Below are positions 22,890 to 35,846 of a stretch of DNA of 64,000 bases, piece by piece. Below the pieces are notes generated by a model. That model was not told where the DNA came from and ran no database searches. It worked only from the letters and a program-made list of their open reading frames with translations. Each line of letters opens with the position of its first letter. Position 1 is the first letter of the stretch. The translations under genes were made by a program, and so were the position numbers. The stretch is from assembly GCA_964016885.1 (NCBI GenBank), contig OZ024751.1, positions 186,001-250,000 of the forward strand, written 5' to 3'. This DNA is from Eledone cirrhosa. Its lineage: Eukaryota.

Positions 22890-25800
22890 ATGGCTAACAT
22901 AACCCCATCTCCCTCACCCCTCCCTGCGCCTCATCCTTCCCACCCACCAAACGCAATCCAAAACTTCAGAGTTGGTTCCATGAACGTAGGCACCTTAAAA
23001 GGTCGCTCTAACGAGGTTGTAGAGATGCTTGAACGTAAGGAAGTTGATATTTGCTGTGTTCAAGAGATCAGGTGGAGGGGTGAGTCTGCTAGATTCATTG
23101 TGGGTAAAAAACGATGCTATAAACTTTTCTGGGTGGGAAATGACAATGGGCTGGGTGGAGTAGGAATCATGCTAGCAGAAAAATGGGTAGATAAGATAAT
23201 AGACGTAAATAGAGTGAATGACAGAATAATTAAAATAAGTCTTGTCCTAAATAGAACTACTGTGACAATAATATCCGCGTATGCACCCAATCCGGACTGC
23301 TTGGCGTTATAAAAGACAGATTCTATGAGTCGCTAATGCTCACTACCTCCCAAATAACTGACAGTGACTGCATAATTATTGCTGGTGACCTAAATGGTCA
23401 CGTTGGACAACACTGTGACGGCTATGACGGAATCCACGGAGGCTATGGGTTTGGTACCAGAAATGAGGAAGGCTCCAGAATTCTGGAATTCTGTGACGCT
23501 AATAACCTAACTATCTGTAACACAAACTTCAAACAACGAGACAATCACTTGATCACCTATTGATCAGGGGAACACGCCAGTCAGATAGATTATATCCTTA
23601 CCAGAAGACGTGACAGTGTCTGTTGTAAACACTAAATCCCTCCCCCATGAAGAATGCACCTCCCAACATAGCCTCATAGTCAGGACGAGACGTACTCAAC
23701 AACAAAGCAGGACTACCCTAAGGAGAAGAATATGGAAGTTAAAGGACCCCACAGCTAGTAACAAATTTAAAAGCATATTACTTGATGCTTTTGACAGTAA
23801 GGAAGAGCAATTAGAGACGTACAATATAGAGGAACAGTGGGAATTCCTGAAAGTTAACCTGCTGAAGGCGACAGATGAAATCTGTGGCTGGAACAGACCT
23901 ATAGGCAGGAGGAGAGTAACGTGGTGGTGGAATAGTAAGGTGGAGGAGTCAATCAAGGCAAAAAAGCAGGCTTGGAAAGTATGGCGGGATGGAGCAAGTA
24001 GAGAACACTATCAAGTGGCCAGCAGAGAAGCTAGGAGACATGTGTACTTTGCAAGAAGGGAAGCAGAGGAAAGAAAGTTCAAGCATGTTCTACAACGCGA
24101 GGACCAAAAACGTGAGGTGTTCAGGATTGCTAGGCAATGTGTCAAGGAAAACCGTGATATTGTCGGGGAGAAGTGTGTCCGTAATGATGATGGTGTACTT
24201 GCCATCACTGATGCTGATAAGAAGGTAGCTTGGAAGTGTCACTACGAGAGACTACTAAATGAGAATAAATGGGAAAAAGATAGTCTGGCCCACATCGATC
24301 CAATAGAGGGACCAGCAGTGCAAGTTGAAGGTAGTATAATAAGTAAGGCAAGGCAGCTGGGCCTTCGGAGATAGTTGCTGAAATGCTGAAAGCATCTGGA
24401 ACGGTGGGACACACTATGGTCACCCGGATAGTAAAACAAGCCATACTAGCTCTTTCAATTGTGCAGAGAGTTCTATAGAAATAGTGGACAGCTTCCGTTA
24501 CCTGGGTGACAAAATCAGCAGTGGGGGAGGGTGCTCTGAAAGTACAGTAGCTAGAGTCAGAACTGGATGGAAAAAGTTCAGAGAGCTTATACCACTATTA
24601 GCCGCTAAAGGGTTCTCCCTAAAAATGAAAGGCAGGCTGTATGATGCCTGCATACGAACAGCAATATTGCATGGCAGTGAGTCCTGGGCATTGTGTGCAG
24701 AGGATATACGCAGACTAGAGAGGAACGAAGCTTGCCTGCTCCGCTGGATGTGTAATAGTAATATACGCGAACGGCAAAGCATAAATGAACTAAGGGAAAA
24801 ATTAGAAATAAGAGGGATCAGATGTTGTTTACTCGAGAGAAGGATACGTTGGTATGGTCACGTAATGCGCATGAAAGACGACAGCTGTATAAAAAAGTGC
24901 AGGGCAATAAAGATAGACGGTAGCCACGGAGTAGGCAGACCCAGAAAAACCTGGGACGACCTGATAAACTCCGACCTCACACACTTACACCTCTCCAAGA
25001 CAATGTCACTGGACCGAGATCTTTGGCGGCACTCAGTAATAGAGAAGACCCGCCTTACCTAAATACAAAGTAAAACCTACTACAGTCAGTAGGCATCTCT
25101 AACAAAATACACCACCCCCACCCCATCCACACCGCCCCTTTCAATGTAAAGTTATGTTGGTGCCACAACATCCAGGCCGAAACAAATGAGATCGTGTAGG
25201 TGTCACGACAAAAAAACACACAGTCCACGCTGTAATGTGGCCGTGTAGGCAACACGGTAAAAACCTCCCAGTCCCACACTGTAAATGTGGTTGGTGTTAG
25301 GAAGGGCATCCAGCTGTAGAAAACCCGCCAGACAGTCCTATGCGAGCAAGACAACCAATCTTGCCTCAAGTGGGAAAACTCCCGTCCAAACCCATGCAAG
25401 CGTGGAACATGGACGTTAAACGATGATGATGATGATGATACAGAATGGGGTCATACCAAATGACTGGCGTAGCAGCAGCATCATTAACTGCTACAAGGGT
25501 AAAGGAGGTGCCCTAGATAGGGGAAACTATAGAGGCATTAAATTAATTGACCAGGTCATGAAGGTCACAGAAAAAGTTATAGCGCAACTAATCAGAGAGA
25601 AAATTGATCTAGACGAAATGCAGTTCGGGTTTGTGTCAAGTAAAAGTACCACAGACGCCCTTTTCCTTGTACAGGAGAAGTACCTAGCTAAAAGTAAACC
25701 CCTATACTTAGCTTTTGTTGACTTGGAGAAAGCATTTGACAGAGTCCCCCGCGCCATTATCTGGTGGGCCCTTAGAAAACTAAGGGTTGATGAATGGCTG

Positions 25801-27286
25801 GTGAGAGCTATACAAGCCATGTATAAAGAAACAGCCAGCAAGGTTAGAATTAACAACGAATATAGTGAAGAATTTAGCGTAAAAGTTGGTGTTCATCAAG
25901 GCTCTGTCCTTAGCCCCCTCCTATTTATTATTGCCCTTTAGGCTATAACAGAGGAGTTCAAGACTTGCTGCCCATGGGAACTTCCATATGCAGATGATCT
26001 AAAGCTCATAGCTGAACTAGAGAAGAAATTCCAAACTTGGAAGCATGGCCTAGAATCAAAAGGCCTTAAAATTAACTTGTCTAAGACTAAAGTTCTAGTA
26101 TGTAGGAAGAAAAATAGAGCACCCTCTGGGAAATGACCATGCTCAGTGTGTAGGAAAGGAGTAGGCAGAAATTCCATTTTATGTCCCAAATGCAAAGTAT
26201 GGGTGCATAAAAGATGTAGTGGGATCACAGGTAAGCTATCTAAGAACGTAGATTTTATATGTGGCCGGTGCTCAGGTGCAATAACTAGCAAGTGCCCACA
26301 AGATACTAGCTCCTTCCATTGCCCAGATGACTCTATAGAAATAGTGGACACCTTCCGTTACATGGCTGACAAAATCAGCAGTGGTGGAGGGTGCTCAGAA
26401 AGTACAGTAGCCAGAAATCAGAACGGGATGGAAAAAGTTCGGAGAGCTTATACCACTATTGGCCACTAAAGGTTCTCTCTAAAAATGGAAGGCAGACTGT
26501 ATGATGCCTGCATATGAACAGCTATGTTACATGGCAGTGAGACATGGCTTTGTGTGCAGAGGATCTGCGCAGACTGGAGAGGAACGAAGCATGCATGCTC
26601 CGTTGGATGTGTAATAGTAATATACATGAATGGCAAAGCATAAATGAACTAAGTGAGAAATTAGGTATAAGAGGGATCAGATGCTGTTTACTCGAGAGAA
26701 GGCTACGTTGGTATGGTCACATGATGCGCATGAAAGACGACAGCTGTATGAAAAAGTGCAGGGCGATCAAAATAGATGGAAGTTATGGAGTAGGTAGACC
26801 CAGAAAAACCTGGGACGATTTGATAAATTCCAACCTTACACCTCTCTAAGACAATGTCACTGGACCAAGATCGTTAGCGCTACGCAGTAATACAGAATGC
26901 CTGCCTTGTCTAAGTACAAAGCGAAACCTACAGTCAGTAGGCACCTCTTAATCAAATATACACCTCCAATCCACTGCCCCAACTCCCCCACCTCTTTCTC
27001 TGTAAAATTATGTTGGTACCACAACATCCAGTCCTAAATAAATGAGGTCGTGTAGATGTCACGACATAAAAACACACAGTCCACGCTGTAATGTGACTGT
27101 GTAGGTAACACGGTAAAAACCTCCCAGTCCACACTGTAAACGTGGATGGTGTTAGGAAGGGCATCCAGCCATAGAAAACCTGCCAGATAGTCCTAAATGA
27201 GCAAGACGACCAATCTTGCCTCAAGTGGGACAATTCCCGTCTAAACCCATGCTAGCGTGGAAGATAGACATTAAACGATGATGATT
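22890..27286 (+). mobile_element. Near full-length degenerate RTE-clade LINE (family A): APE endonuclease, RT, PHD-like finger, (GAT)n tail
   Basis: ORF pieces with APE motifs (SMNVGTL, CVQEIRW, AGDLNGH), RT motifs (FVDLEKAFDRVP, GVHQGSVLSP, YADDL) and a C-terminal LRWYGH..RPRKTW. Stops and frameshifts present. Confidence 0.92.
24447..25437 (+). mobile_element. 5'-truncated RTE family A copy nested inside the 22890-27286 element
   Basis: Host frame ...KQAI|QNGVIPNDW is interrupted by a C-terminal ORF, 3' UTR and (GAT)n tail. ATAC occurs at both junctions. Confidence 0.8.
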
Positions 27287-27446
27287 AGACATGCTATGTA
27301 TTGGGGCTGTGCCCTTACAACTTCATGAAGAGTTAAGGGCCTTTCCTGTCCTTTTTGCAATGAAAGGGTGAAAGACAGTCAGAATATGAACCATAAACCC
27401 CCTTATTTGAAGGAGTTCTCTACTTTCTCTGTATCTCATCTTTCAG

Positions 27447-27561
27447 GGAACTTATGCAACAGTCTTCAAAGGTAAAAGTAGACTAACAGATAACTTGGTT
27501 GCACTTAAAGAAATTCGTCTTGAACATGAAGAAGGAGCTCCGTGTACGGCCATCAGAGAAG
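27447..27561 (+). CDS. CDK17: CDK17-like coding exon 6 (Gly-loop, VALK, PCTAIRE helix)
   Basis: [38 protein letters not shown](V), containing the diagnostic PCTAIRE motif. ttcAG / GTATGT. Confidence 0.98.
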
Positions 27562-27847
27562 GTATGTTGTATATCTTTTATTGTGGAGGGGTCAGTTGAC
27601 TCTCTGTCTCTGGTGTGTGTGGTCGTTGCTTAACACTGTGGGTGTTTTGTGGTTGGTCAACACTGGGTGTGTGTGGTGGTGTCGACACTGTATGTTTGGT
27701 CTGTCAACGCTATGTAGAGGTCAGTAGACTGAGTTTCATCTGTCAACACTGTGTGTGTAATCGTTAGTAGACAGTAGGTGGGTGTGTGTATGTAGTGGTC
27801 AGTCTCTGCTTCTAACATAATGTCCTCTCTCTTTTTCTGTTTTTCAG

Positions 27848-27942
27848 TCTCACTCTTACGAGAATTGAAACATTCAAACATTGTAACATTACATGATATA
27901 ATTCACACCGATAAATCGCTAACTCTAGTCTTTGAATATTTG
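27848..27942 (+). CDS. CDK17: CDK17-like coding exon 7
   Basis: (V)[31 protein letters not shown]. ttcAG / GTAAGT. Confidence 0.97.
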
Positions 27943-29164
27943 GTAAGTATTTAATTCCATGAGAATTTAGCTTGACTTTCTTTTACCTTCAGTTTTCTAA
28001 CATTTTGATGTTTTTTTTGTTAGTTCATTTTAAAAATCTCTGTAGTAACATTTGATATGTATAAGACATCAAAAAGGTCCGTTTTGGTCTTAGACTTGTG
28101 TAAAGTCCCCTACATGTCTATGATAGTTACAATGTGAATCTATAAGATACTCTGTGAGTCTAAGAGATTCACTGTTGTATCTGTGAAGCCCCCTATGAGG
28201 TCCCCTGTTGTATCTATGAGACCCTCAGTATGTATATGAGGTCACCTGTTGGATCTCTGGGTGGCCCCTTGTTCTATCTATGTGGACACGTATATTGTGT
28301 GAGGTTGCCTGTTGGATCTGTGAGGCCCTCTGTTGGTTCTAAGACTTCTATGAGGATATTATATGTTCTCTTGAATGAAATGTAGAATTTAAAAGATAAA
28401 GAGAAAAAAAAGTAAAATAAAAACAAAACAAGATTGACAGAAATGAGAATATGTAAAATAATTGTTTCTACTTTTGGCACAAGGCCAACAATTATTCCAG
28501 TGTATTACTGGTACTTTATTTTATCGACCCAGTAAGGATGAAAGGCAAAGTTAACCTCAACGGGATTTATACTCGGACCATAAAGGGCCGTAACTCTTGC
28601 TGCAAAGCATGGCGTCAGACCCTCTACCTATACTGTCAATCCACTGCGGAATATGATAGTATTTGGTGCTTCCTATCATTAAAACACAAGAACCTTCCTA
28701 CAAGATATCTCATAGGAGACTAGCTAAGCCTGCACAGCTGTGAGCTGTAACTATAGCAATGCAGTGTGAAAGAAATCTCAATTATCTGAAGTAGATGAAC
28801 TTCCACCATACAGGTAAATTCTGTTATAACGAATTTTTTCAGTATAACGAAATTTTTTTCAATCCCTGAGGTAATAAACAAACACTTGATTTGTTTTGGA
28901 CTATCTCGTTATAAAGGATTTTTCGCTATAATGGAATTTCACTATATTTCTTATTACTTCCCTTGTTACCTCCCTTGAATTATTCTATTTACAAACACTC
29001 GATGTGTTTTGGACTATCTCGTTATAATGGAATTTCACTGTATATTTCTTATTACTTCCCTTGTTACCTCCCTTGAATTACTCTATTTACTAGTTCCATC
29101 GTCACACACCACCCTTACATGGCTACAGTTCGGCCTTTCATTAGCGTTTGTGTTTCTCTTGCAG

Positions 29165-29227
29165 GAAAAAGATCTCAAACAATACATGGATGACTGTGGT
29201 AACATAATGAGTATGACTAATGTAACA
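29165..29227 (+). CDS. CDK17: CDK17-like coding exon 8
   Basis: EKDLKQYMDDCGNIMSMTNVT. tgcAG / GTAAGT. Confidence 0.96.
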
Positions 29228-29239
29228 GTAAGTGGTACA

Positions 29240-29412
29240 CTTTATGACAGGTCTTATATTGAAACTTGTGGCTGGTCTTTCAATGAAACTTATGACCGGT
29301 CTTACATTGAAACATACAACTGATCTTACACTGAAACATATGACTGGTCTTACATTGAAACATACAACTGATCTTACATTGAAACATATGACTGGTTTTA
29401 CATTGAAATACA
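29240..29412. repeat. 24-bp minisatellite (TGACTGGTCTTACATTGAAACATA)
   Basis: About 7 tandem units starting just after the exon 8 donor. Confidence 0.9.
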
Positions 29413-29945
29413 CACATGTGACTTACCTTTCTGATTTATAGTTATTGTTTTACATTCATTTTTCCATGCTTGTAAAGACTTGCTGAAACTGGAGCTTACC
29501 CCAGTTTCTTGGGAGTTACATGACTGACTCCTGGGTAGGATGCCAATCTATTACAGGACTAAACTCTCCTTCCTTCCCCCATCATCCATCTGCCTATCTA
29601 TCTCCACTATTGTAATGGAATCATAGGGGTGTTGTAGTGACATACTTGTTTTGAACATTTTAAAATCTGGCAGAGCCTGTCCCATCTTCAGGTCTGGGCA
29701 CAGCTGATTTTTCCAGAGAAGGGGGAGAGAGAGAGTGATAGAAAGGAAGTGAAAAGGATATATAAAGGAAGAATTGAACACTACTTAACTGGTATTATTT
29801 TGTCAAGCTAGATAGGATGAAAGGCAAAGTTAACCTCGACTGGTTTTAAACTCAGAATGCAGAGAACTACAACAAATACTGCAAATAGATTCTATTTGAT
29901 ATTCTAACGACTCTGCCAATTCCAACACCACCTCTCCATCTTTAG

Positions 29946-30125
<180 letters not shown>

Positions 30126-30159
30126 TGAATTTTCTTTGGTCATTTTAATGTCCACTTTC

Positions 30160-30442
30160 CCTGCTACCTTAACCAACCCCTTGACCTCTACCTTAACCAA
30201 CCCCTTGACCACTACCTTAACCAACCCCTTGACCACTACCTTAACAAACCCCTTGACCACTACCTTAAACCCCTTGACCACTATCTTAACAAACCCCTTG
30301 ACCACTACCTTAACAAACCCCTTGACCACTATCTTAACAAACCCCTTGACCACTACCTTAAACCCCTTGACCACTACCTTAACAAACTCCTTGACCACTA
30401 CCTTAAACCCCTTGACCACTATCTTAACAAACCCCTTGACCA
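30160..30442. repeat. 21/24-bp minisatellite (ACCTTAACAAACCCCTTGACCACT)
   Basis: About 12 tandem units. Confidence 0.93.
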
Positions 30443-30526
30443 ATATGTTCTGGTTACTCCAGTAGAATGTAATATCTTTGTGTTGTAGTTAATATATATC
30501 TCTGTTTTTCCATGTTATCTGTGCAG

Positions 30527-30587
30527 GACTAGCGCGAGCCAAATCTATACCCACTAAAACCTATTCAAATGAAGTAGTTACACTATG
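30527..30587 (+). CDS. CDK17: CDK17-like coding exon 10 (activation loop)
   Basis: (G)[19 protein letters not shown](W). tgcAG / GTAAGT, ends phase 2. Confidence 0.97.
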
Positions 30588-30949
30588 GTAAGTTAACACT
30601 ACCTTATCTTGTTGTGAGACTGCAGGTTTGGAGGGAAGTCATCACCATCATTACTATCATCATCACCATCATCACCACCACCATCATCATTACTATCATC
30701 ACCTTCATCAACATCATCATCATCATTACTATTACCATCACTGTCATCACCACCACTATCATTACTATCATCAACATCATCATCATCACTATTATCATCA
30801 CCATCATCATTACTATCACTATCATCATCGCCACCACCATCATTACTTTCATCATTACTATTATCATCACTATTACTATCATCATTATCACTATCATCCT
30901 CACTATCGCCATCATCATTGTCATTATCGCTATCATCAATACTATCACT

Positions 30950-33602
30950 ATCTTAGTCTTAGATTCTTCCGCGCTGTTCGGCGCATCGATCAGTAAGTAG
31001 TCGCCAACGGTCACGATCAGCGGCAACTTTTTCGAGACCGTGCCAGGTGATGTTGGCTGCCATCAGGTCCTTCCGGGACGTTCGTCGCCAGGTGATCCTT
31101 GGGCAACTCCGCCTCCGTTTACCACCAGACGGAGTCTAGTTCATCGCTGTTTTCGAATGCCATTCATTTGGCAGACGCAGAATATGGCCAGCCAGACGGC
31201 ACCGACGCTCCGTGACCACTCTCTGTAGCGTCCACGACTCGGCTCTCCGCAGGATCTCCTCGTTTCGTTCTCGATCGCGCCAGGACACACGAAGGATCTT
31301 TCGCAGGCACCGCTGGTGGAAAGCGTTCAGCCGTCTCTTTATTTTTTCCGTACTCTTCCAGGTCTTGCTCTCATAAAGCACTGTCGGCAGCATGATGCTC
31401 TTGTACAGGCGGAGCTTGGTCTTGGTGCTAATACATGAAGACGACCAGACTTGGCACAGCCGCTGGAAAACTGCGGCTCCTTTGCTGATCCGACAGTTGA
31501 TGTCGAGCTCCACGTCGCCGCTGCTTGTGAGAATGCTGCACAGATAGGTGAAGTGATCAACTTCCTCAAGGTCCTGTTGGTTGACTCTGATCACTGGACC
31601 TGTGTTGCTGGCCATTCTTATGACCTTGGTCTTTTTGGTGTTGATTCTCAGGCCGATCTTTTCAGCACTCTCTTGTAGGGATGTTGTTAAGGCCTGCAGA
31701 TCTGCACTGTTTTCAGCAATCAAAGCGGTCATCAGCAAATGCCAGGTCCCTCAGCCTCAACTACCCTCTCCATGGGATTCCTTGACTGGGTCCTTCATCC
31801 ATTCGCCTTAGTACAAAATCGGCTGCCAGCAGGAACAACAGTGGAGAGAGAATGCAACCCTGTCTGACTCCGGAGACAATGTCAAAGAACTCCGTCACAC
31901 CGGACTCAGTCCGCACGCAGCAGCTGGAGTTTTCATACAGGGCCTTAAAAATGGCGATCAATCTTGCAGGAATGCCATACCGTTGCGCAACATTCCACAG
32001 CGACTCCCGGTGTACACTATCGAATGCCTTCTGGAAATCAATAAAATTGACCGCCAAAGGCTGCTGTAGCTCAACGCATTGTTCGAGAATGTTGCATAGT
32101 TTAAAGATCTATCTGTTCCGTGCAAGATCGATTTTTTTTTCGGAAGCCGGCTTGTTGCTCCCGGAGCACAGAGTCGACAGCCTGCGGGAGTCAATGCAGC
32201 AGCACAGTGCAGAACGCCTTGCCTGGGACTGACAGCAATGTAATACCATGCCAGTTGTTGCGGTCTGCCAGGTTTCCCTACTTCGGCAGTTTGACGATGA
32301 CACCGCGCTGCCACTCAAGGGGAACCCGACCAACTCTCCAGCAGTGGTTCATCAAGTCTGTCAACGCCGTTATCGTGTTCTCCTCACCGAATTTGAGCAG
32401 CTCAGCAGAGATCTCATCCAGTCAGCCTGCTTTGCCGTTCCTCAAGTGGCTAATCGTCTCTTGCTTGGTGATATGGCCCTCGCAGACTTTGAGTACCTCA
32501 GTGGTTGCTGGAGCCTCTGCGGTCAAGTCTATCAGGGCGACTGGATTTGGTTGGTTCAGCGTCTCCCGGAAGTGCTCCATCCATCTCTGCTCCTGTTCCG
32601 CTCCAGTGGTCAATATCTTGCCATTTTTGTCCTCTACTGGCATGCTGGCACCGCTCGACATTCCTGTCAACTCCCTCACGATGCGGAACAGTGCTTTTGT
32701 GTCGTTTCGACCAGCAGCTTCCTCTGCCTCAGCACCCTTTTTCTCCAGCCAGTCACGTTTGTGCCACCTGCAGCTTCGCTTTACCAGTCGGTCGATTTGG
32801 CAGTATACAGCATCTCTTTTCTTTTGGTCTTCCTCCGATCTAGCAGAATCTCGCTCGACTTTTGCCTTTTTTCGTCTGTCAATCAGGTCCCACGTTGGTT
32901 CTTGGATCCATTTTTGCCTCCTCGATCCTCGTCTTCGGCCAATAGTTTCTTGTGCTGCCTCAGTCACCGCTGTCGTGAACATCGTCCATTGATCTTCCAG
33001 ATCTGCAGCCTCACTCAACTGCTGGGATCGGTTGTGTAGCGCCAGTTGGTAGAGTCACGCTTGACCGGGATACTTCAGCTTCTCCACTGAATATGGCTTT
33101 GGTCTTTCCTGACGTGTCCGTTTCTTCAGGTGCAGCTAAAGTTCCGCACACAGTAGGTGTTGGTCTGAGCCCACGTCCGCATCTCGGTACACTGACGTCA
33201 CGTACCGAGGACCACCAACGCTGGTTGATGCAGATGTAGTCGATCTCGTTTCAGCTTTTCTGGTCCGGAGACTGCCAAGTAGCCTTGTGAATCGCCTTGT
33301 GTTTGAAATAGGTGTTGCTAATGCACAAGCTGTTGATGGTACAAAATAGCTGCAGTCTCTCACCGTTGTCCGTGGTGACCACAGCAGAACCGTATGGCCT
33401 AGTGACCACAGCCGAACCGTATGGCCTGTTCCAGTCCCTGTCTGTTGCAGCTAATCTGAGTGTTGAAATCACCGATCAGTAGTTTGATGTCATGGCTGGG
33501 CAAGTTATTAAATGTGTCCTGCAGCTGTACGTAGAAGGTGTCCTTGTCGATGTTGGTTGCGTCATCAATCGGTGCGTAGCCCTGAACAACAGTGATTTTC
33601 GC
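30950..33602 (-). mobile_element. GC-rich RTE-like LINE, 5'-truncated and degenerate, with (GAT)n-rich tail region 30640-30950
   Basis: Minus-strand ORFs with FIDFQKAFDSVHRE, GVRQGCILSP, endonuclease remnants (DVGSDQHLL) and C-terminal LAGHILR. Confidence 0.9.
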
Positions 33603-33603
33603 A

Positions 33604-34045
33604 TCTAAACTATAATAAAGTAAGGAGTGCGGGACTGCGTCCAGAATATATTTTTTTACTCCGTTTGTAAAATTACTTTGAATAAATAATGAATGAATAT
33701 TACATAATTTATCTACTAAATTTCGTAACTCTTGATTAAATATATTTTATTGCTTATTTAAAGATTCACTTATAAAAACATTGCATATATTTCCGTCACT
33801 AATTTTCTCCTAATGCAGTTTATATATAATATCGTCTTTTTTAATCATGGATTACTTTACTGATTGCATAAGAGAGTGTAACACAGTCTCTCTTCAATTT
33901 CTGTGTATATTGTCAATTACAATTTTATTTGACATATCATATCTACATGCATATATTCTTGCATATAATATCAATATGTACACTACACATGCTAGCAGAA
34001 AACTTTATGTACACTACACATGCTAGCAGAAAACTTTTCTGCTAG
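33604..34045 (+). mobile_element. Non-autonomous Helitron
   Basis: A|TCTAAACTATAATAAAG...hairpin (CTAGCAGAAAA/TTTTCTGCTAG) ending CTAG|T. Inserted at an AT site with no TSD. Confidence 0.7.
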
Positions 34046-34268
34046 TCATCATTAAAGCAGGGATTAGCCTAGTGGACTCTATGATCCACTTGTGACCTTT
34101 GCCCTGTCATCTGCATTGCCTTGCCCCTTCTTCCCATCATCTTTGGCTACATCTTTGTTGGTCTTCCCCTTCCTCTACTTCCTTTCACATCTCTTTGCAA
34201 TCATCCTCTCACAGTCACTTTCATCGTTAGATGAGGTTTATCTAAATTGTCTTCTTGCTATTTTCCAG

Positions 34269-34328
34269 GTATCGACCTCCAGATGTCTTACTTGGATCCA
34301 CAGAGTACTCAACACCCATCGATATGTG
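34269..34328 (+). CDS. CDK17: CDK17-like coding exon 11
   Basis: (W)[19 protein letters not shown](W). tccAG / GTCAGT, phase 2-2. Confidence 0.97.
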
Positions 34329-34974
34329 GTCAGTACATATTTGTTATTTTTCTGTTTCGAGGGGGAGGGGTAGGTAGCAACTATGACATGTTTCACGACC
34401 TATTAATAATAATGAAAATGATTGTGTACAGTGCTCAGGTGCACTACAAGTCACCAAAGGTTCATGTAAAGTATAGAATTAGGTACAAATGTCAGGAAAG
34501 TGATCAGTGTATGAGTTATGATATATACACAGACACACACATAAGCATGCGTGTGTATGGAGGGGGATTATCAGATAGGGAGGGAAAAGAGCACCACTAA
34601 ACTAGGGACTTGGCCTAAAATGCTTATAACAGAGTGGACTGTGTTGAAGGTACCCAAAGGCCGGGTGGTAGTGATAAATCTTGTATGAGGGGTTAAGTAT
34701 AACACTTAAGCGAGGTAAGCTACGGTGGGATTTCAGCTCAGAGATACAAGAGGTCATTTGTGAGAAAGGGAAGGGCAGTGTGTCTGATACTTTTCAGACC
34801 CCTTTAGAACTGATGGGAGGGTGCTAGTGAGGGAAGTAGGTATCCTCAAGCTAGAAGTTTGGCCTGAAATACTGGCAACAGTGTGGTTTTTACTAAAGGT
34901 ACTCTTGGGCCAGGTTGTAGTGTTGGTTGATGGAATATGTCTACCACTGAATCTAAGTAGGTTTTGGGAGATGT

Positions 34975-35335
34975 AGAAGATTGACCAGTGGTGTGGATGG
35001 AAGATGTAGGAGATTGAACAGCAGTATGGCTTGGAGACAAGGTTGACCAGTGGTGTGGATAGATGGAGATTGACCAGTGGTATTGATAGGAGACAAGATT
35101 GACCAGTGGTGTGGATCGGAGATGTAGGAGGTTGACCAGCGGTGTGGATGAGAGGCTCAAGGTTGACTAGTGGTGTGGATGAGAAACAAGGTTGACCAGT
35201 GGTGTGGCTGGGAGACATGAGATTGACCGGTGGTGTGACTGGGAGACATGAGATTGACCAGTGGTGTGGCTGGGAGACATGAGGTTGACCAGTGGTATGG
35301 CTGGGAGACATGAGGTTGACCAGTGGTGTGGATGT
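34975..35335. repeat. ~31-bp minisatellite (GTTGACCAGTGGTGTGGCTGGGAGACATGAG)
   Basis: About 11 diverged tandem units upstream of exon 12. Confidence 0.9.
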
Positions 35336-35424
35336 GATGTATTTCCTGCCGGTTTAACCCTCAAGTCTCTTTTCCACTCTTTCGCTCTCTCCCACCTTCT
35401 CTAATCTGTGACCTTCTATTACAG

Positions 35425-35628
35425 GGGTGTTGGCTGTATATTCTACGAAATGGCATGTGGACGCCCGCTGTTCCCAGGGACCGCAGTTGAGGATGAACTT
35501 CATCAAATTTTCAAAATCCTAGGTACTCCAACTGAAGCAACCTTTCCCGGTATAACTGCCCATCAAGACTTTCACTCAAATAATTTCCCATTTTATGAGG
35601 CGGAGTCTTTACTAAATATTGCTCCAAG
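35425..35628 (+). CDS. CDK17: CDK17-like coding exon 12
   Basis: (W)[67 protein letters not shown](R). tacAG / GTAAGA. Confidence 0.97.
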
Positions 35629-35812
35629 GTAAGAACTAACATCACTATCATCATTTAATGTCCATCTATCCCTGCTGGATGGGTTGTAGGGGTCATCATA
35701 GACCATGTCAGTATTTAATCAGAGTTGCTGACCTGTTGGGCGGGCCAGGAGACCCACATTTCACTTACTACATACGATCCTGTGCACTTGGTGTGTTGTA
35801 TCATGTCTAAGC

Positions 35813-35843
<31 letters not shown>

Positions 35844-35846
35844 TAT

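Noticed and set aside
29219-29227. NVT instead of the usual NVK at the end of exon 8, as a possible A-to-I recoding site
   Set aside because: A-to-I editing of ACA cannot yield Lys or Arg; this looks like a simple substitution.
30604-31026. Poly-His / Ile-Thr / Met-rich ORFs
   Set aside because: (CAT)n-type low-complexity tract at a LINE 3' tail.
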